From assembly GCA_003557485.1 (NCBI GenBank), contig PWOI01000130.1:2935-66934 (forward strand): 64,000 nt of DNA. The letters run 5' to 3'. Below, piece by piece: positions 46,042 through 55,293 of the stretch. This stretch comes from Elusimicrobiota bacterium. Lineage in GTDB: Bacteria; CG03; SLGR01; PWQF01. Position 1 is the stretch's first letter. Each line of letters opens with the position of its first letter. The translations under genes were made by a program, and so were the position numbers. A model generated the notes under the pieces. It saw nothing but the letters and a program-made list of their open reading frames with translations. It was not told the DNA's origin and made no database searches.

Positions 46042-47199
46042 TCAGAGGCGGGGCTTTTTGCGGGAAGGCCGGTATTTTATCTTTTTGAAATTATCTTTAT
46101 TCATATCCGACACTTTTTTTATTTCCTCAAACTTTTCTTTTTCACCGGATGAGACAAAAGAAACTGATACTCCCTCTTCCCCCATACGGGCAGTACGGCC
46201 GCTCCTGTGTATATAAATTTCCGCGTTCTGCGACACTTCGTAGTTTATGATATGGCTGACATTTTGAACATCTATACCCCTTGCCATTACATCCGTTGTT
46301 ATAATAAATTTTATCTTTCTGTTGCGGAAACTTCTCAATATTTTTTCGCGCTGATGCTGTTTTAATCCTCCGTGAAGAAAATCTGTTCCGCCAACAAATT
46401 CTTTAATTTTTTTTGCCAGCTGTTCGGCCCTGCGGCGCGTATTGCAGAAAATAATTGCCTGGGATATATCCTCCTGAGCAAGAAACTCCCTAAGTGCCTT
46501 TTCCTTGTCCCTGCTGCTAACACTTACCATACAGTGGTTGAGGTTTTCGGGCTGGGCCCGCCTGCCGGTAAGCTTTACGTGTTCGGCTTCTTTAAGGTAC
46601 TTTCTGGCAAGTTTTTTTATGGGAGGAGGCATTGTAGCTGAAAAAAACAGGGTCTGATGCCGGTGTATCATACACTTTCTTATAAAATCAATGTCCTCAA
46701 TAAACCCCATTTTCATCATTTCATCGGCTTCATCTATGACAAAGGTTTTTACGCTGTCCAGCGGGAACTGCCTGTTATACATAATATCGGTCAGTCTGCC
46801 GGGTGTAGCAACAAGTATATGGACTCCGTCTCTCAGCTTTGCCATCTGTATGTCTATGTCAAATCCGCCGTAAACGACAAAAGCCTTAACTCCGTAAGGT
46901 TTTCCTATAGAGGAAACCTCATTAAGATACTGTATGGCCAGCTCACGAGTCGGTGTAAGAATAAGCGCCTGAATATCGTTTACTTTTCTGTCCACCAACT
47001 GGACCAGCGGTACCGCACAGGCGGCGGTTTTACCCGAACCGGTTTCCGCCTGCCCTATAAGATCCTTTCCTTCAAGTATGAAGGGGATTGTTTTTTCCTG
47101 AATGGGCGTAGGAGTAACATACCCGATACTTTTCAGTATAGAGTCTATTTCATCATTTATTCCGAGTTTTTTAAAACTGTCATTCATCTTTTGATACAA
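46042..47199 (-). CDS. DEAD-box ATP-dependent RNA helicase
   Basis: Q-motif PTPIQ, AETGSGKT, PTRELA, VIDEADEM, SAT, HRSGRTAR. Basic C-terminal tail. Confidence 0.93.
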   Translation of the reverse strand: MYQKMNDSFKKLGINDEIDSILKSIGYVTPTPIQEKTIPFILEGKDLIGQAETGSGKTAACAVPLVQLVDRKVNDIQALILTPTRELAIQYLNEVSSIGKPYGVKAFVVYGGFDIDIQMAKLRDGVHILVATPGRLTDIMYNRQFPLDSVKTFVIDEADEMMKMGFIEDIDFIRKCMIHRHQTLFFSATMPPPIKKLARKYLKEAEHVKLTGRRAQPENLNHCMVSVSSRDKEKALREFLAQEDISQAIIFCNTRRRAEQLAKKIKEFVGGTDFLHGGLKQHQREKILRSFRNRKIKFIITTDVMARGIDVQNVSHIINYEVSQNAEIYIHRSGRTARMGEEGVSVSFVSSGEKEKFEEIKKVSDMNKDNFKKIKYRPSRKKPRL

Positions 47200-47308
47200 T
47201 ACTCCTGATTAATATTTTGATTATTCCGTCCGATACGGCCGGGGGGATATCAGGCGGTATAAGTAATAATAACAAAATTGAAGGCTTTACGCAATGAGAT
47301 ACGTCAAT

Positions 47309-47338
47309 TTGACAACTCTTTCGCATATCATTTACTAT
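47309..47338 (+). promoter_or_regulatory. candidate promoter upstream of the RF-1-domain gene (TTGACA-18-TACTAT)
   Basis: TTGACA at 47309-47314 and TACTAT at 47333-47338. About 95-nt leader to the ATG at 47433. Confidence 0.35.
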
Positions 47339-47432
47339 ATCTATATGAATCCTTCTTTTTTAAAAAAATTTAATTCGCCGGGCCGGCAAAAAAGCACTAA
47401 ATCCCAAGCAAGCGTAACGGATCCGCATTAAA

Positions 47433-47858
47433 ATGGGCAAATTCGGAGTCAGCCAGGCAAAAGAGAAGAAACTTCTTGAAAAAATGCGCCGTTACAAAAT
47501 ACGGGAGAAAGATCTGAAGGAGAATTTTATATCCGCTGCAAAAAAAGGCGGGACAAAAACCAATAAAACCTCCAGCGGAGTCTACTTGAAGCATCTGCCT
47601 ACCGGCACGGAGGTCAAATGTTCCTCCAGCCGGTCCAGGCCTGTAAACAGGTTCCTTGCCAGGAGACGCCTTGCCGATAAGATAGAAAACGCGGTAGAAG
47701 GCAGAAAATCACGGCTACAGAAAAAAATTGAAAAGATACGGAGACAAAAAAGAAAACGATCCAAACGGGCAAAAGAAAAAATCCTTCGCGAAAAAAAAAT
47801 AAACGCGGAGAAGAAATCTCTGAGAGGAAAAGTTAAATATGATGAAAATAAAACTTAA
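47433..47858 (+). CDS. ArfB/RF-1-domain (peptidyl-tRNA hydrolase domain) protein with GGT in place of GGQ
   Basis: KKGGTKTNKTSSGVYLKHLPTG...SRSRPVNRFLARRRL aligns with ArfB GAGGQHVNKTSTAIHL...YRSQELNREAALARL. Lys/Arg-rich C-terminal tail retained. Confidence 0.75.
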   Translation: MGKFGVSQAKEKKLLEKMRRYKIREKDLKENFISAAKKGGTKTNKTSSGVYLKHLPTGTEVKCSSSRSRPVNRFLARRRLADKIENAVEGRKSRLQKKIEKIRRQKRKRSKRAKEKILREKKINAEKKSLRGKVKYDENKT

Positions 47859-48312
47859 CTATTTTACTGTCCCGCTTGTAACAATTGCCGTAGCGGTATC
47901 GGGAAGCTACTTCACGTCACTGGGCCTCAACGGGTGGTATGATCAGCTTTCTAAGCCCGGGTGGACGCCCGGAGGAGGATTTATAGGCGCAATGTGGACC
48001 TTCCTTTATATTCTTGTAACAATAGTAGTCCTAGGTTTTGTTAACCGTCACCGGCAGGCAGGCCGCTACAGTATAATAATAGCTTTTTTCATAGTAAACG
48101 CCGTTCTCAACGCTACCTGGTCCCTTATATTCTTCTCAATGAATCTAACGGGCCTGGCACTACTGTGGATAATACTGCTTAACCTGACAATAATATACCT
48201 TATAATACTTATATGGCCATATTCTAAACTTCTCGCTGCGGGTCTTATTCCCTATGCCGCCTGGGTATCGGTTGCGGGAACCCTCAACTATATGATCTGG
48301 GTAATGAACTGA
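47839..48312 (+). CDS. tspO: TspO/MBR-family tryptophan-rich sensory protein
   Basis: WYDQLSKPGWTPGGGFIGAMWTFLY and five TM helices with conserved Trp. Overlaps the upstream gene by 20 nt. Confidence 0.85.
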   Translation: MMKIKLNYFTVPLVTIAVAVSGSYFTSLGLNGWYDQLSKPGWTPGGGFIGAMWTFLYILVTIVVLGFVNRHRQAGRYSIIIAFFIVNAVLNATWSLIFFSMNLTGLALLWIILLNLTIIYLIILIWPYSKLLAAGLIPYAAWVSVAGTLNYMIWVMN

Positions 48313-48319
48313 TAATTAG

Positions 48320-49843
48320 ATGGAAAAAGTAATAGACATTACCGTAGCTCCGGAACGTATTAACGACTACGGTTACATAAAAAAAATTGCCCTTGAAAAG
48401 GCGGGCTTACCGAACGGCCGTATAAAAATTCTTAAGAGATCCGTAGACGCAAGGCACAAACCCGTATACCGTATTAAAGCAGCCATCTATACCGGAAAGC
48501 TTCCGGAACCAGAACCGCCCGCTGTATTTAAAAATACAGAGGATGCGAAACCTGTCTTTATAGCGGGCGCCGGACCGGCAGGCCTTTTTGCGGCGCTTCA
48601 GCTGCTTATACTGGGAGTAAAGCCCGTAATATTTGAGAGGGGCAAAGATGTGGATTCAAGAAAAAAAGACATAAAAGACCTTGAACTCTCCAACAGCCTC
48701 AAGGCCGATTCCAATTACTGTTTCGGTGAGGGCGGTGCGGGGGCCTTCAGCGACGGCAAACTCTATACAAGAGCGGTAAAGCGCGGCAGCCCCCGACAGG
48801 TTCTTGACCTGCTGGTAAAGCACGGAGCTTCTCCGGAAATACTGATAGACTCCAGGCCCCATATCGGCTCAGACGCCCTACCGGAAGTAATAAAATCAAT
48901 AAGGAAAACAATTATAGGCCACGGCGGAGAGATAAACTTCAATTCATATATATCTTCACTGACTGTAAAAGAAGAAAAACTTGTCTCGGTAACTATAAAC
49001 GAAAAAGAAAAAATCCCCTGCAGCGCCCTAATACTTGCAACCGGACATTCTGCCGCCTCGACTTACAGGATGCTCCACAATCAGGGTATAACTCTTGAAT
49101 CCAAGCCGTTTGCAGTAGGTGTAAGGGTAGAGCACAGACAGCAGGTTATAGATTCTATACAGTACGGCTCTTCTCCCAGGCCGGAAGGGTTGCCCCCCGC
49201 CTCCTATGTGCTCAAAAGTTCTTTTAAGGGAAGGGGCGTATATTCCTTCTGTATGTGCCCGGGCGGAATGATCATCCCGTCTTCTACATCAGAAAGAGAG
49301 CTGGTTTTAAACGGCATGTCTCCTTCAGGAAGAAATCTACCTTTTGCCAATGCGGCAATAGTAACCCAGGTATCGGCAGAAGATTTCGGCAACGGTGTAT
49401 TTGCGGGCCTTGAGTTCCGGGAAAAACTTGAGAGCGACGCTTTTAATATAACAGAGAGCCTTACCGCGCCGGCGCAGAGACTTGCAGATTTTGTAAACGG
49501 GAAAAAATCAGAAACACTGCCGGAATCCTCTTATCCACCGGGGATAACAAGTTTTCCCCTGGCCGAACTCTTTCCCGGATACGTCACCCAGGCGTTGATA
49601 AAAGGATTTAAAGACTTTTCGAGCAAAATGAAAGGATTTCTTACACAGGAAGCAGTTCTTCTTGCCCCGGAGACCAGAACAAGCTCGCCGGTCAGGATTC
49701 CCAGAAACAAAACTACGTTGATGCATCCCGTGGCAGAAGGGCTCTTTCCCTGCGGCGAGGGGGCGGGGTATTCAGGCGGAATACTTTCGTCTGCGCTGGA
49801 CGGAATAAAATGCGCCCTTGCCGCGCAAGCTTTTATCCAATAA
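48320..49843 (+). CDS. FAD-dependent oxidoreductase (uncharacterised FAD-dependent dehydrogenase family)
   Basis: N-terminal ~80-aa domain with ILKRSVDARHKP, then IAGAGPAGLFAA (dinucleotide-binding) and a C-terminal PCGEGAGYSGGI. Confidence 0.8.
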   Translation: MEKVIDITVAPERINDYGYIKKIALEKAGLPNGRIKILKRSVDARHKPVYRIKAAIYTGKLPEPEPPAVFKNTEDAKPVFIAGAGPAGLFAALQLLILGVKPVIFERGKDVDSRKKDIKDLELSNSLKADSNYCFGEGGAGAFSDGKLYTRAVKRGSPRQVLDLLVKHGASPEILIDSRPHIGSDALPEVIKSIRKTIIGHGGEINFNSYISSLTVKEEKLVSVTINEKEKIPCSALILATGHSAASTYRMLHNQGITLESKPFAVGVRVEHRQQVIDSIQYGSSPRPEGLPPASYVLKSSFKGRGVYSFCMCPGGMIIPSSTSERELVLNGMSPSGRNLPFANAAIVTQVSAEDFGNGVFAGLEFREKLESDAFNITESLTAPAQRLADFVNGKKSETLPESSYPPGITSFPLAELFPGYVTQALIKGFKDFSSKMKGFLTQEAVLLAPETRTSSPVRIPRNKTTLMHPVAEGLFPCGEGAGYSGGILSSALDGIKCALAAQAFIQ

Positions 49844-49912
49844 CCTCTCCTGAAATTAACCGATAATAACCAATGCCAGCCAGGGTATAAAATCTCTCCC
49901 GTTTTTAACTGA

Positions 49913-50392
49913 TTAGAACCTGCGCGTGACCCCTGCCCTGAAAATAGGATTCCTTGCCGGAGAATTTTTGTCAATAGCAAGGTCGTAAAGGATCATTGCG
50001 TAAGCCTGTGTTTTAGGATCAAGGTTCTGCCTGTAGCCCGCGCCGACAGGAAACGATACCACCCATCTGCGGTCATCCTGGTCGGCGGGCCTGCCTATAT
50101 TTGTAAGCTGCACCTCGCTGTGCGCATAGACATTCCTGAGCAGGGTAACCTGAAGGTAAGTCCTGCCGCCATATGTGTACCTAACGCGGTCATACCTGTC
50201 AGTATAGGAGTAAAAAGCGCCTACTCCAACGTCAAGGATATTGTAACGGTAACCTATAACCGGTGAAACCTCAGCGTAAAAACCCCTGTCGTCCACATGT
50301 CCGCTTATAGACCCTCCGGTATAAACATACCCGTGGACAGCAGACGCTGCAAAAAGACAGCCGCCAATAACCAGTAAAGTAATTTTCTTCAT
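49913..50392 (-). CDS. small outer-membrane beta-barrel protein
   Basis: Signal peptide MKKITLLVIGGCLFAASAVHG. Tyr/Gly-rich alternating strands. C-terminal AGVTRRF. Confidence 0.55.
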   Translation of the reverse strand: MKKITLLVIGGCLFAASAVHGYVYTGGSISGHVDDRGFYAEVSPVIGYRYNILDVGVGAFYSYTDRYDRVRYTYGGRTYLQVTLLRNVYAHSEVQLTNIGRPADQDDRRWVVSFPVGAGYRQNLDPKTQAYAMILYDLAIDKNSPARNPIFRAGVTRRF

Positions 50393-50482
50393 AAAACAAC
50401 CTCCTGAAAAACAACCGGTCCCGGTTTCAATATACTATATTTCCTCTCCGGCGCGCAAACATTATAAACATTTTCGGAAGTT

Positions 50483-50980
50483 TTAAGATTTAATGAAAAT
50501 TTCGAATCTTTCCTTTTTTGCTTTACATACAGGACAGACATCCGGCGGAGTTTTCCTTGCGCATAGATAACCGCACACCTTACATCTCCACACATCTATA
50601 GAAACTCCTGATACTTTGTTTGCTTTAAGTTCCTTTTTATGTCCTCTCCGCTCCGGAACAGGTTTTAGCTCCTTTTTACCGTTAACCACTTCTTCTGACA
50701 CATAAAGGGCGCAGTAGCAGGCCCCGTATTGAGAAATATCGTCATCCCGGTAATCACAGGGACATATTATATCAATATCTTTTTCCCTGGAACCTCCGGA
50801 GAGGCGGCAGGGGCAGGAACTGTAGCCATAACGTTTGCTGTTTACAATAAGTCCTTCAACTAGATTATCGGTAAACTCACTGTCAGGGTTTAAGTAATAC
50901 CCTGATTTATCCGCGTCTCGATGAAGTTGTTTTCTGTATTGTTTTATTTCGCTTCCAGATACTTCTATCGAAGGTTTCAT
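50483..50980 (-). CDS. ferredoxin:thioredoxin reductase catalytic-subunit-like protein fused to a C-terminal rubredoxin-type domain
   Basis: SCPCRL...IICPCDY...GACYCALY (CPC/CPC/CxC cluster of FTR-B), then WRCKVCGY...CPVCKA. Confidence 0.75.
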   Translation of the reverse strand: MKPSIEVSGSEIKQYRKQLHRDADKSGYYLNPDSEFTDNLVEGLIVNSKRYGYSSCPCRLSGGSREKDIDIICPCDYRDDDISQYGACYCALYVSEEVVNGKKELKPVPERRGHKKELKANKVSGVSIDVWRCKVCGYLCARKTPPDVCPVCKAKKERFEIFIKS

Positions 50981-51231
50981 TTTGAAAGTTCGCGCTCAAA
51001 TCCATCGGTATCAAAACCCATAACTACAACACCATCAATAACAACCATAGGGAACCCTTTCTGAGTACTATGCTGCTTCATCTCTGCCTTTGCCTTTGAA
51101 GATTCCGGATCTTCAAGAAGATCTACAAATACATGATCAAATTCACATTCTTTCTCTTTAAAGTAGTCAAGCGTTTTTTTACACCAGATACACGTGCTGA
51201 GGGCATATATTTTTATCTCTTTATTCTTCAT
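50977..51231 (-). CDS. glutaredoxin/NrdH-like thioredoxin-fold protein
   Basis: KIYALSTCIWCKK (CxxC)...FPMVVIDG. Start moved to the ATG at 51231, preceded by GGGAGG; the track TTG at 51243 lies inside that Shine-Dalgarno. Confidence 0.8.
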   Translation of the reverse strand: MKNKEIKIYALSTCIWCKKTLDYFKEKECEFDHVFVDLLEDPESSKAKAEMKQHSTQKGFPMVVIDGVVVMGFDTDGFERELSK

Positions 51232-51243
51232 ATTACCTCCCAA

Positions 51244-51753
51244 TCAATCTTTTGAAAAATCAAGATGGTCTATCTCAATTTCCACAAGGGCTTCAAATAT
51301 CTCTTTTACCCTGGGGTCGGCTGCCTCGCCGGCTGCTTTTTTGTAAAACTCTATAGCCCTTGTTTCCCTATCATGGGATTCTTTTAGGTTTTCAGCCTTA
51401 CTTGAGTGGCAGCTTTCTTTTACTTCCGGCACTTCTTTAAGTTTAAGTATTTTTCTCCATATACTCGCATGCTCGGCTTCCACTTTACCGAGAGCCTTAA
51501 AAAGCAGTTTCATTTCAGTTTCTTCCGAGGCCCCGGATGCGCAGGAATAAAACGCAGCGTTACTGAGTTCTACCTGCAGCGCGCGCTCGGCGTTTGCCCT
51601 GTCGGTATCATTGAGATCAACATCAAACTCGGCAACTGCAGATGAAGCTTCCTTTATATAATTTATGTGGGCGCCGCAGAACGGGCAGTTAGCAGGCGCA
51701 GACTCGCCTATATAAGGATCACCGCAAATTTCACATCTGAACAACTTAACCAT
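51244..51753 (-). CDS. reverse rubrerythrin-like protein (N-terminal rubredoxin-type site + ferritin-like domain)
   Basis: FRCEICG...CPFCGA at the N-terminus, followed by a four-helix-bundle-like domain (ERALQVELSNAAFY; VEAEHASIW; RETRAIEFY; VEIEIDH). Confidence 0.8.
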   Translation of the reverse strand: MVKLFRCEICGDPYIGESAPANCPFCGAHINYIKEASSAVAEFDVDLNDTDRANAERALQVELSNAAFYSCASGASEETEMKLLFKALGKVEAEHASIWRKILKLKEVPEVKESCHSSKAENLKESHDRETRAIEFYKKAAGEAADPRVKEIFEALVEIEIDHLDFSKD

Positions 51754-51823
51754 ATTCTTCTCCTTTCATTACAACAACTACAACGATATTTTTATATATA
51801 ATTTTACCCTTGCGGGCAAATAC

Positions 51824-52858
51824 TCATAGAAACGATCTGCAGAAAGAAATTACAGTTCCGTACCTGTTTTTATCCGGCATTATTGATGACAGAATTTCTT
51901 TAGCCTTGCCGGATAGATCTTTAATCTCTTTTTCAGCGCGTTCGATACTGCCTGATTTTATATATAGACGCACCATATTGCGGCAGTCTTCAACTGAAGG
52001 GTTTTCAAGCGACAAAAACTTACGGACACCCTCTTTGGCCCCGCTGTATCCGGACACATAGGTATAATGCATAAGCATTGTTTTCTTTTTACTCATGAGG
52101 TCCTCGTAAGGCTCACGGCCCTTTATGTTTTCGGTTATGTCTATTATATCGTCTCTAATCTGAAAAGCTGTTCCCATAAGGCGGCCCCCGGTAAAAATCT
52201 CTTCCCTGTCATTTTCAGGGGCTCCTGCCAGAATTGCGCCCGCCAGCATAGGGCAGGCAAAAGTATACCTTGCAGACTTGTAATCATATATTTTTAAAAT
52301 ATCCTCTCTATTTAAATCCTCAATTTTTTCGCTCTCATAAACAAGTTCGCTGAATTCTCCAATCCCGGTTAAGAAGGCCGCTTTCATAACTTCATCGGCA
52401 GCAAGACATTTAAGCGAAGGGTTAGCCCCGGCTTCCATAAAAAGTTTTAAACCCATACCGTACAGAATATCTCCGGCTACAATTGCGAGATCTTTTCCTT
52501 TTTGACTGTCTCTCTTTCCGGAAACTTTATTAAGAAGGAGATGCATCGCCTTACCTCCCCGCCGGCAATCGGCTTTATCAACTATGTCGTCGTGTATAAG
52601 GGCGCATGCGTGAAGAAGTTCAAGCCCTGCAGCAGCAGGAATAACTTTTTCTATAGAATCTGAAGAATATGCCTGCCAGGAGAGAATAAGAAGTATGGAG
52701 CGTATCATTTTGCTTTCCCTGCTCAAAAAATCTTCAATGGCGCCATATAGTTTTTCTATGTGTTTATCTTTTCCGTGCACGGCGCGGGTTTCATCAAGAA
52801 AATCAAAAATATTTTCCCTGATTAACGCTGACAGTTTTATATAGTAATTACTATTCAC
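51824..52858 (-). CDS. polyprenyl diphosphate synthase (trans-isoprenyl diphosphate synthase family)
   Basis: First Asp-rich motif LIHDDIVD...RRG and second FQIRDDIID. 344 aa. Confidence 0.88.
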   Translation of the reverse strand: MNSNYYIKLSALIRENIFDFLDETRAVHGKDKHIEKLYGAIEDFLSRESKMIRSILLILSWQAYSSDSIEKVIPAAAGLELLHACALIHDDIVDKADCRRGGKAMHLLLNKVSGKRDSQKGKDLAIVAGDILYGMGLKLFMEAGANPSLKCLAADEVMKAAFLTGIGEFSELVYESEKIEDLNREDILKIYDYKSARYTFACPMLAGAILAGAPENDREEIFTGGRLMGTAFQIRDDIIDITENIKGREPYEDLMSKKKTMLMHYTYVSGYSGAKEGVRKFLSLENPSVEDCRNMVRLYIKSGSIERAEKEIKDLSGKAKEILSSIMPDKNRYGTVISFCRSFL

Positions 52859-53763
52859 ATTAAGGCACCAAGGAAAAAAGAAAAAGCGATAATAGTGTTG
52901 ACCCCGGCATATATTTGAAGTGTTTTTAAATCTATGGTATCAAGATGTTTTTCTCTCTTTTTCAATATCTTTGAATATTTCACGGCAGCCGGAATAAAAA
53001 TTAATGATATAAGGGAAAGTAGAGGATAGTATCCCAGCACTGCCATAATAATTATCCATATAAACACTGAAAAAAGAACAGATGCATAAATATAAGAAGC
53101 TTTTTCTAAACCGGTTCTAATCGGCATCGTTTTTATCCCGGCCGCCCGGTCTTTGTCAATATCCCTTATATTATTGGATATAAGAACCGCTGTTATAAGC
53201 AGGCCCGGAGGCAAAGATGCGGCAATGGCGACAAATGAAAGTTCTCCGGTAAGAGCAAGGTAAATACCTGACCCCAGAAGAGGCCCCATAAAAAGAAGTA
53301 TCATTATTTCACCTGCACCCCGGTATTTATAGGCAAGAGGCGGACCTGTATATGAATATCCTCCGGCAAAACCCAAAACACCCAGCACAAAAAGTAAAAA
53401 TCCTCTGTAAAATGAAAGTATAACAAGGCACCCGAAACCCAAGGCAAATGTTAAAATCATAAAAATTAAAACTTGGCCGGCGGATACCTCCCCGGATGCC
53501 AGTGGATGTACTCTGTCATACTTTGCAGGCAGATCAACCCCTCTTCTGAAATCAAAGTATTCATTTACAAGATTTACAAAAAAATGAAGACAGGCTACCC
53601 CAAAAAGTATAACCGGAAAAAGAACCCAAGCCGCAGCTGCGTTCAGGTAAGCAGCAACACCTGCAGCTATAGCGGCAGGAATAAGAGAGGAAATAAGAAA
53701 GTTAGCCCTGGCGGCTTTAAAAAAAACAGGTAACCGCAAGGTTCTAGTTTTCATTTCTTTCAC
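52855..53763 (-). CDS. UbiA-family aromatic prenyltransferase (MenA-like)
   Basis: 9 TM helices. NEYFDFRRGVD (NxxxDxxxD-type motif) and NNIRDIDKDRAAG. 4-nt overlap with the polyprenyl synthase gene. Confidence 0.8.
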   Translation of the reverse strand: MKEMKTRTLRLPVFFKAARANFLISSLIPAAIAAGVAAYLNAAAAWVLFPVILFGVACLHFFVNLVNEYFDFRRGVDLPAKYDRVHPLASGEVSAGQVLIFMILTFALGFGCLVILSFYRGFLLFVLGVLGFAGGYSYTGPPLAYKYRGAGEIMILLFMGPLLGSGIYLALTGELSFVAIAASLPPGLLITAVLISNNIRDIDKDRAAGIKTMPIRTGLEKASYIYASVLFSVFIWIIIMAVLGYYPLLSLISLIFIPAAVKYSKILKKREKHLDTIDLKTLQIYAGVNTIIAFSFFLGALM

Positions 53764-54556
53764 CCTTAAGTATATTTATTTCTTTTATTATACGGTTCCC
53801 GGGGTCAAGAATCTCGGCTTGGGCAGCATATTTCTCATACAATTCAAAATTCCCTTTGATAAAATATAATTTGGCAATTGTGGCATGAATATCGGCGAAA
53901 CCAGGATCTTTTGCCAAAGCATCGTAAAGATATTTTTTAGCTTTAGTTATATCCCTTCCGGCTAAACGCGGGGCCATCAAATAATAACTGCCCCAGGCAA
54001 ACAACACCCCCGGATAGTCAGGATCCAGTTCTCTGGCCTGACGCAGATGGCTGCGGGCGGCAAGTCCTCTTGAAATTCTTCCGAAAACAAAAGATTCCAT
54101 AGCTGCAGACCCCATTGCTCCACCGGCAATCAGGTGGGCCCTTATCAGGTTTGCCCTGTCTGTTTTCTCTTCCATAGATATAATCCGACGGGCAAGGCGT
54201 ACCGCCTGCGTATAATTGCCTTTCTCGAAGTGTATGTATGCCTTAGTTACCAGGGCGGGTGCAAAATCAGGTTTTTTTTCCAGAACATCTTCCAGAAGAG
54301 CAATGCTTTCAGAAAAAAGCCTGCGGCGCCTGTATATTTCTGCAATTCCCCATTGCGTTTCAGGTGAATTTTCTGTGAGTTCTGCCGTTATCCTAAACCA
54401 TTTTTCGGCTTCATCATCAAGCCGCCTGGTCAGAAGGTTCACTGCAAGCATATATGCGGCCGGCGCAGAATAAGGATAAGTTGAAATATTGAGTTCAGCA
54501 TCCTGATACTTATACACATGGTTATGTATTTCAATCCATTCAAAGTTCCCGGCCAA
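53744..54556 (-). CDS. TPR-repeat protein
   Basis: Repeated 34-aa Ala/Tyr/Leu patterns (e.g. AKKYLYDALAKDPGFADIHATIAKLYFIKGNFELYEKYAAQAEILDP). TTG start is uncertain. Confidence 0.65.
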   Translation of the reverse strand: MAGNFEWIEIHNHVYKYQDAELNISTYPYSAPAAYMLAVNLLTRRLDDEAEKWFRITAELTENSPETQWGIAEIYRRRRLFSESIALLEDVLEKKPDFAPALVTKAYIHFEKGNYTQAVRLARRIISMEEKTDRANLIRAHLIAGGAMGSAAMESFVFGRISRGLAARSHLRQARELDPDYPGVLFAWGSYYLMAPRLAGRDITKAKKYLYDALAKDPGFADIHATIAKLYFIKGNFELYEKYAAQAEILDPGNRIIKEINILKGERNEN

Positions 54557-54614
54557 TGCCCCAGAAACAAAAATTGAGCTGCAAAAAATGAAAAAAAACA
54601 GGAACTTTTTTATA

Positions 54615-55046
54615 TTAATTCTCCAGGTTAAATCCTTCTCTGCGCCAGCTATTGACCCCTCCGGACATATTATAAACCCGGGAGAACCCTTTTCCTTCCA
54701 TTATCCTCATTGCGCTTCTGCTTCTGCCTCCAACTGCGCAATAAACAAGGTAGGTCTTTTCCCTGTGGAGTCCGTCAATCTCTTTATTGAAATCAGCACC
54801 CCCGATGTCAATAAGCAATGAATTTTCTATATGACCGGCTTCGTATTCCCTTTTTGTTCTGACATCTATTATGACAAAACCGGAATTGTCATGGTTTTGG
54901 TTTATAAGTTCATAAGCTTCTGAAGAAGAAATGTTTTCTGCAGCAGGAACTTCCTGTAAGTCATTATTAATTTCTATCTTTTCCCTGGCGCAACCGTATA
55001 AAGAAAAAAAGCTTAACAGGGCTGCAAAAATGAATTTATTCATCAA
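54615..55046 (-). CDS. rhodanese-domain lipoprotein (sulfurtransferase)
   Basis: Lipobox FFSLYGCA. IIDVRTKREYEAGHIENS and the active-site loop YCAVGGRS. Confidence 0.85.
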   Translation of the reverse strand: MMNKFIFAALLSFFSLYGCAREKIEINNDLQEVPAAENISSSEAYELINQNHDNSGFVIIDVRTKREYEAGHIENSLLIDIGGADFNKEIDGLHREKTYLVYCAVGGRSRSAMRIMEGKGFSRVYNMSGGVNSWRREGFNLEN

Positions 55047-55293
55047 ATATCATTTTCCCTATCTTAACACCTTCAATACTCCTGAGTTCCTTTTCAAGAT
55101 TATTTTTCTCTTCGGGACTGCCGCATAGTTCAAGAATAATTATTCCGCTGGCGCTGCAGCTCTCGCTACCCGCCTCGTGAAGGCCTATCCTGGCCTTTAT
55201 GCTGCATCCATATTTTGTAAGAACTTCCTGAACCTTTCCGGCCTCTTTGACCCTGTTTTCAATACAGACTCCCATGATTTTTTTACAGCTCAT
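55036..55293 (-). CDS. small ACT-like protein resembling the TM1266-type putative iron-only hydrogenase system regulator
   Basis: 85 aa. IMGVCIENRVKEAGKVQEVLTKYGCSIKARIGLHE...GIIILEL...LEKELRSIEGVKIGKMIF follows the pattern of that family as I recall it. Confidence 0.5.
   Translation of the reverse strand: MSCKKIMGVCIENRVKEAGKVQEVLTKYGCSIKARIGLHEAGSESCSASGIIILELCGSPEEKNNLEKELRSIEGVKIGKMIFDE

Noticed and set aside
46657-47208. 183-aa plus-strand ORF inside the DEAD-box helicase gene (and the 89-aa ORF at 46372-46641)
   Set aside because: It is antisense to a gene carrying every helicase motif. Its composition is that of a non-coding frame.
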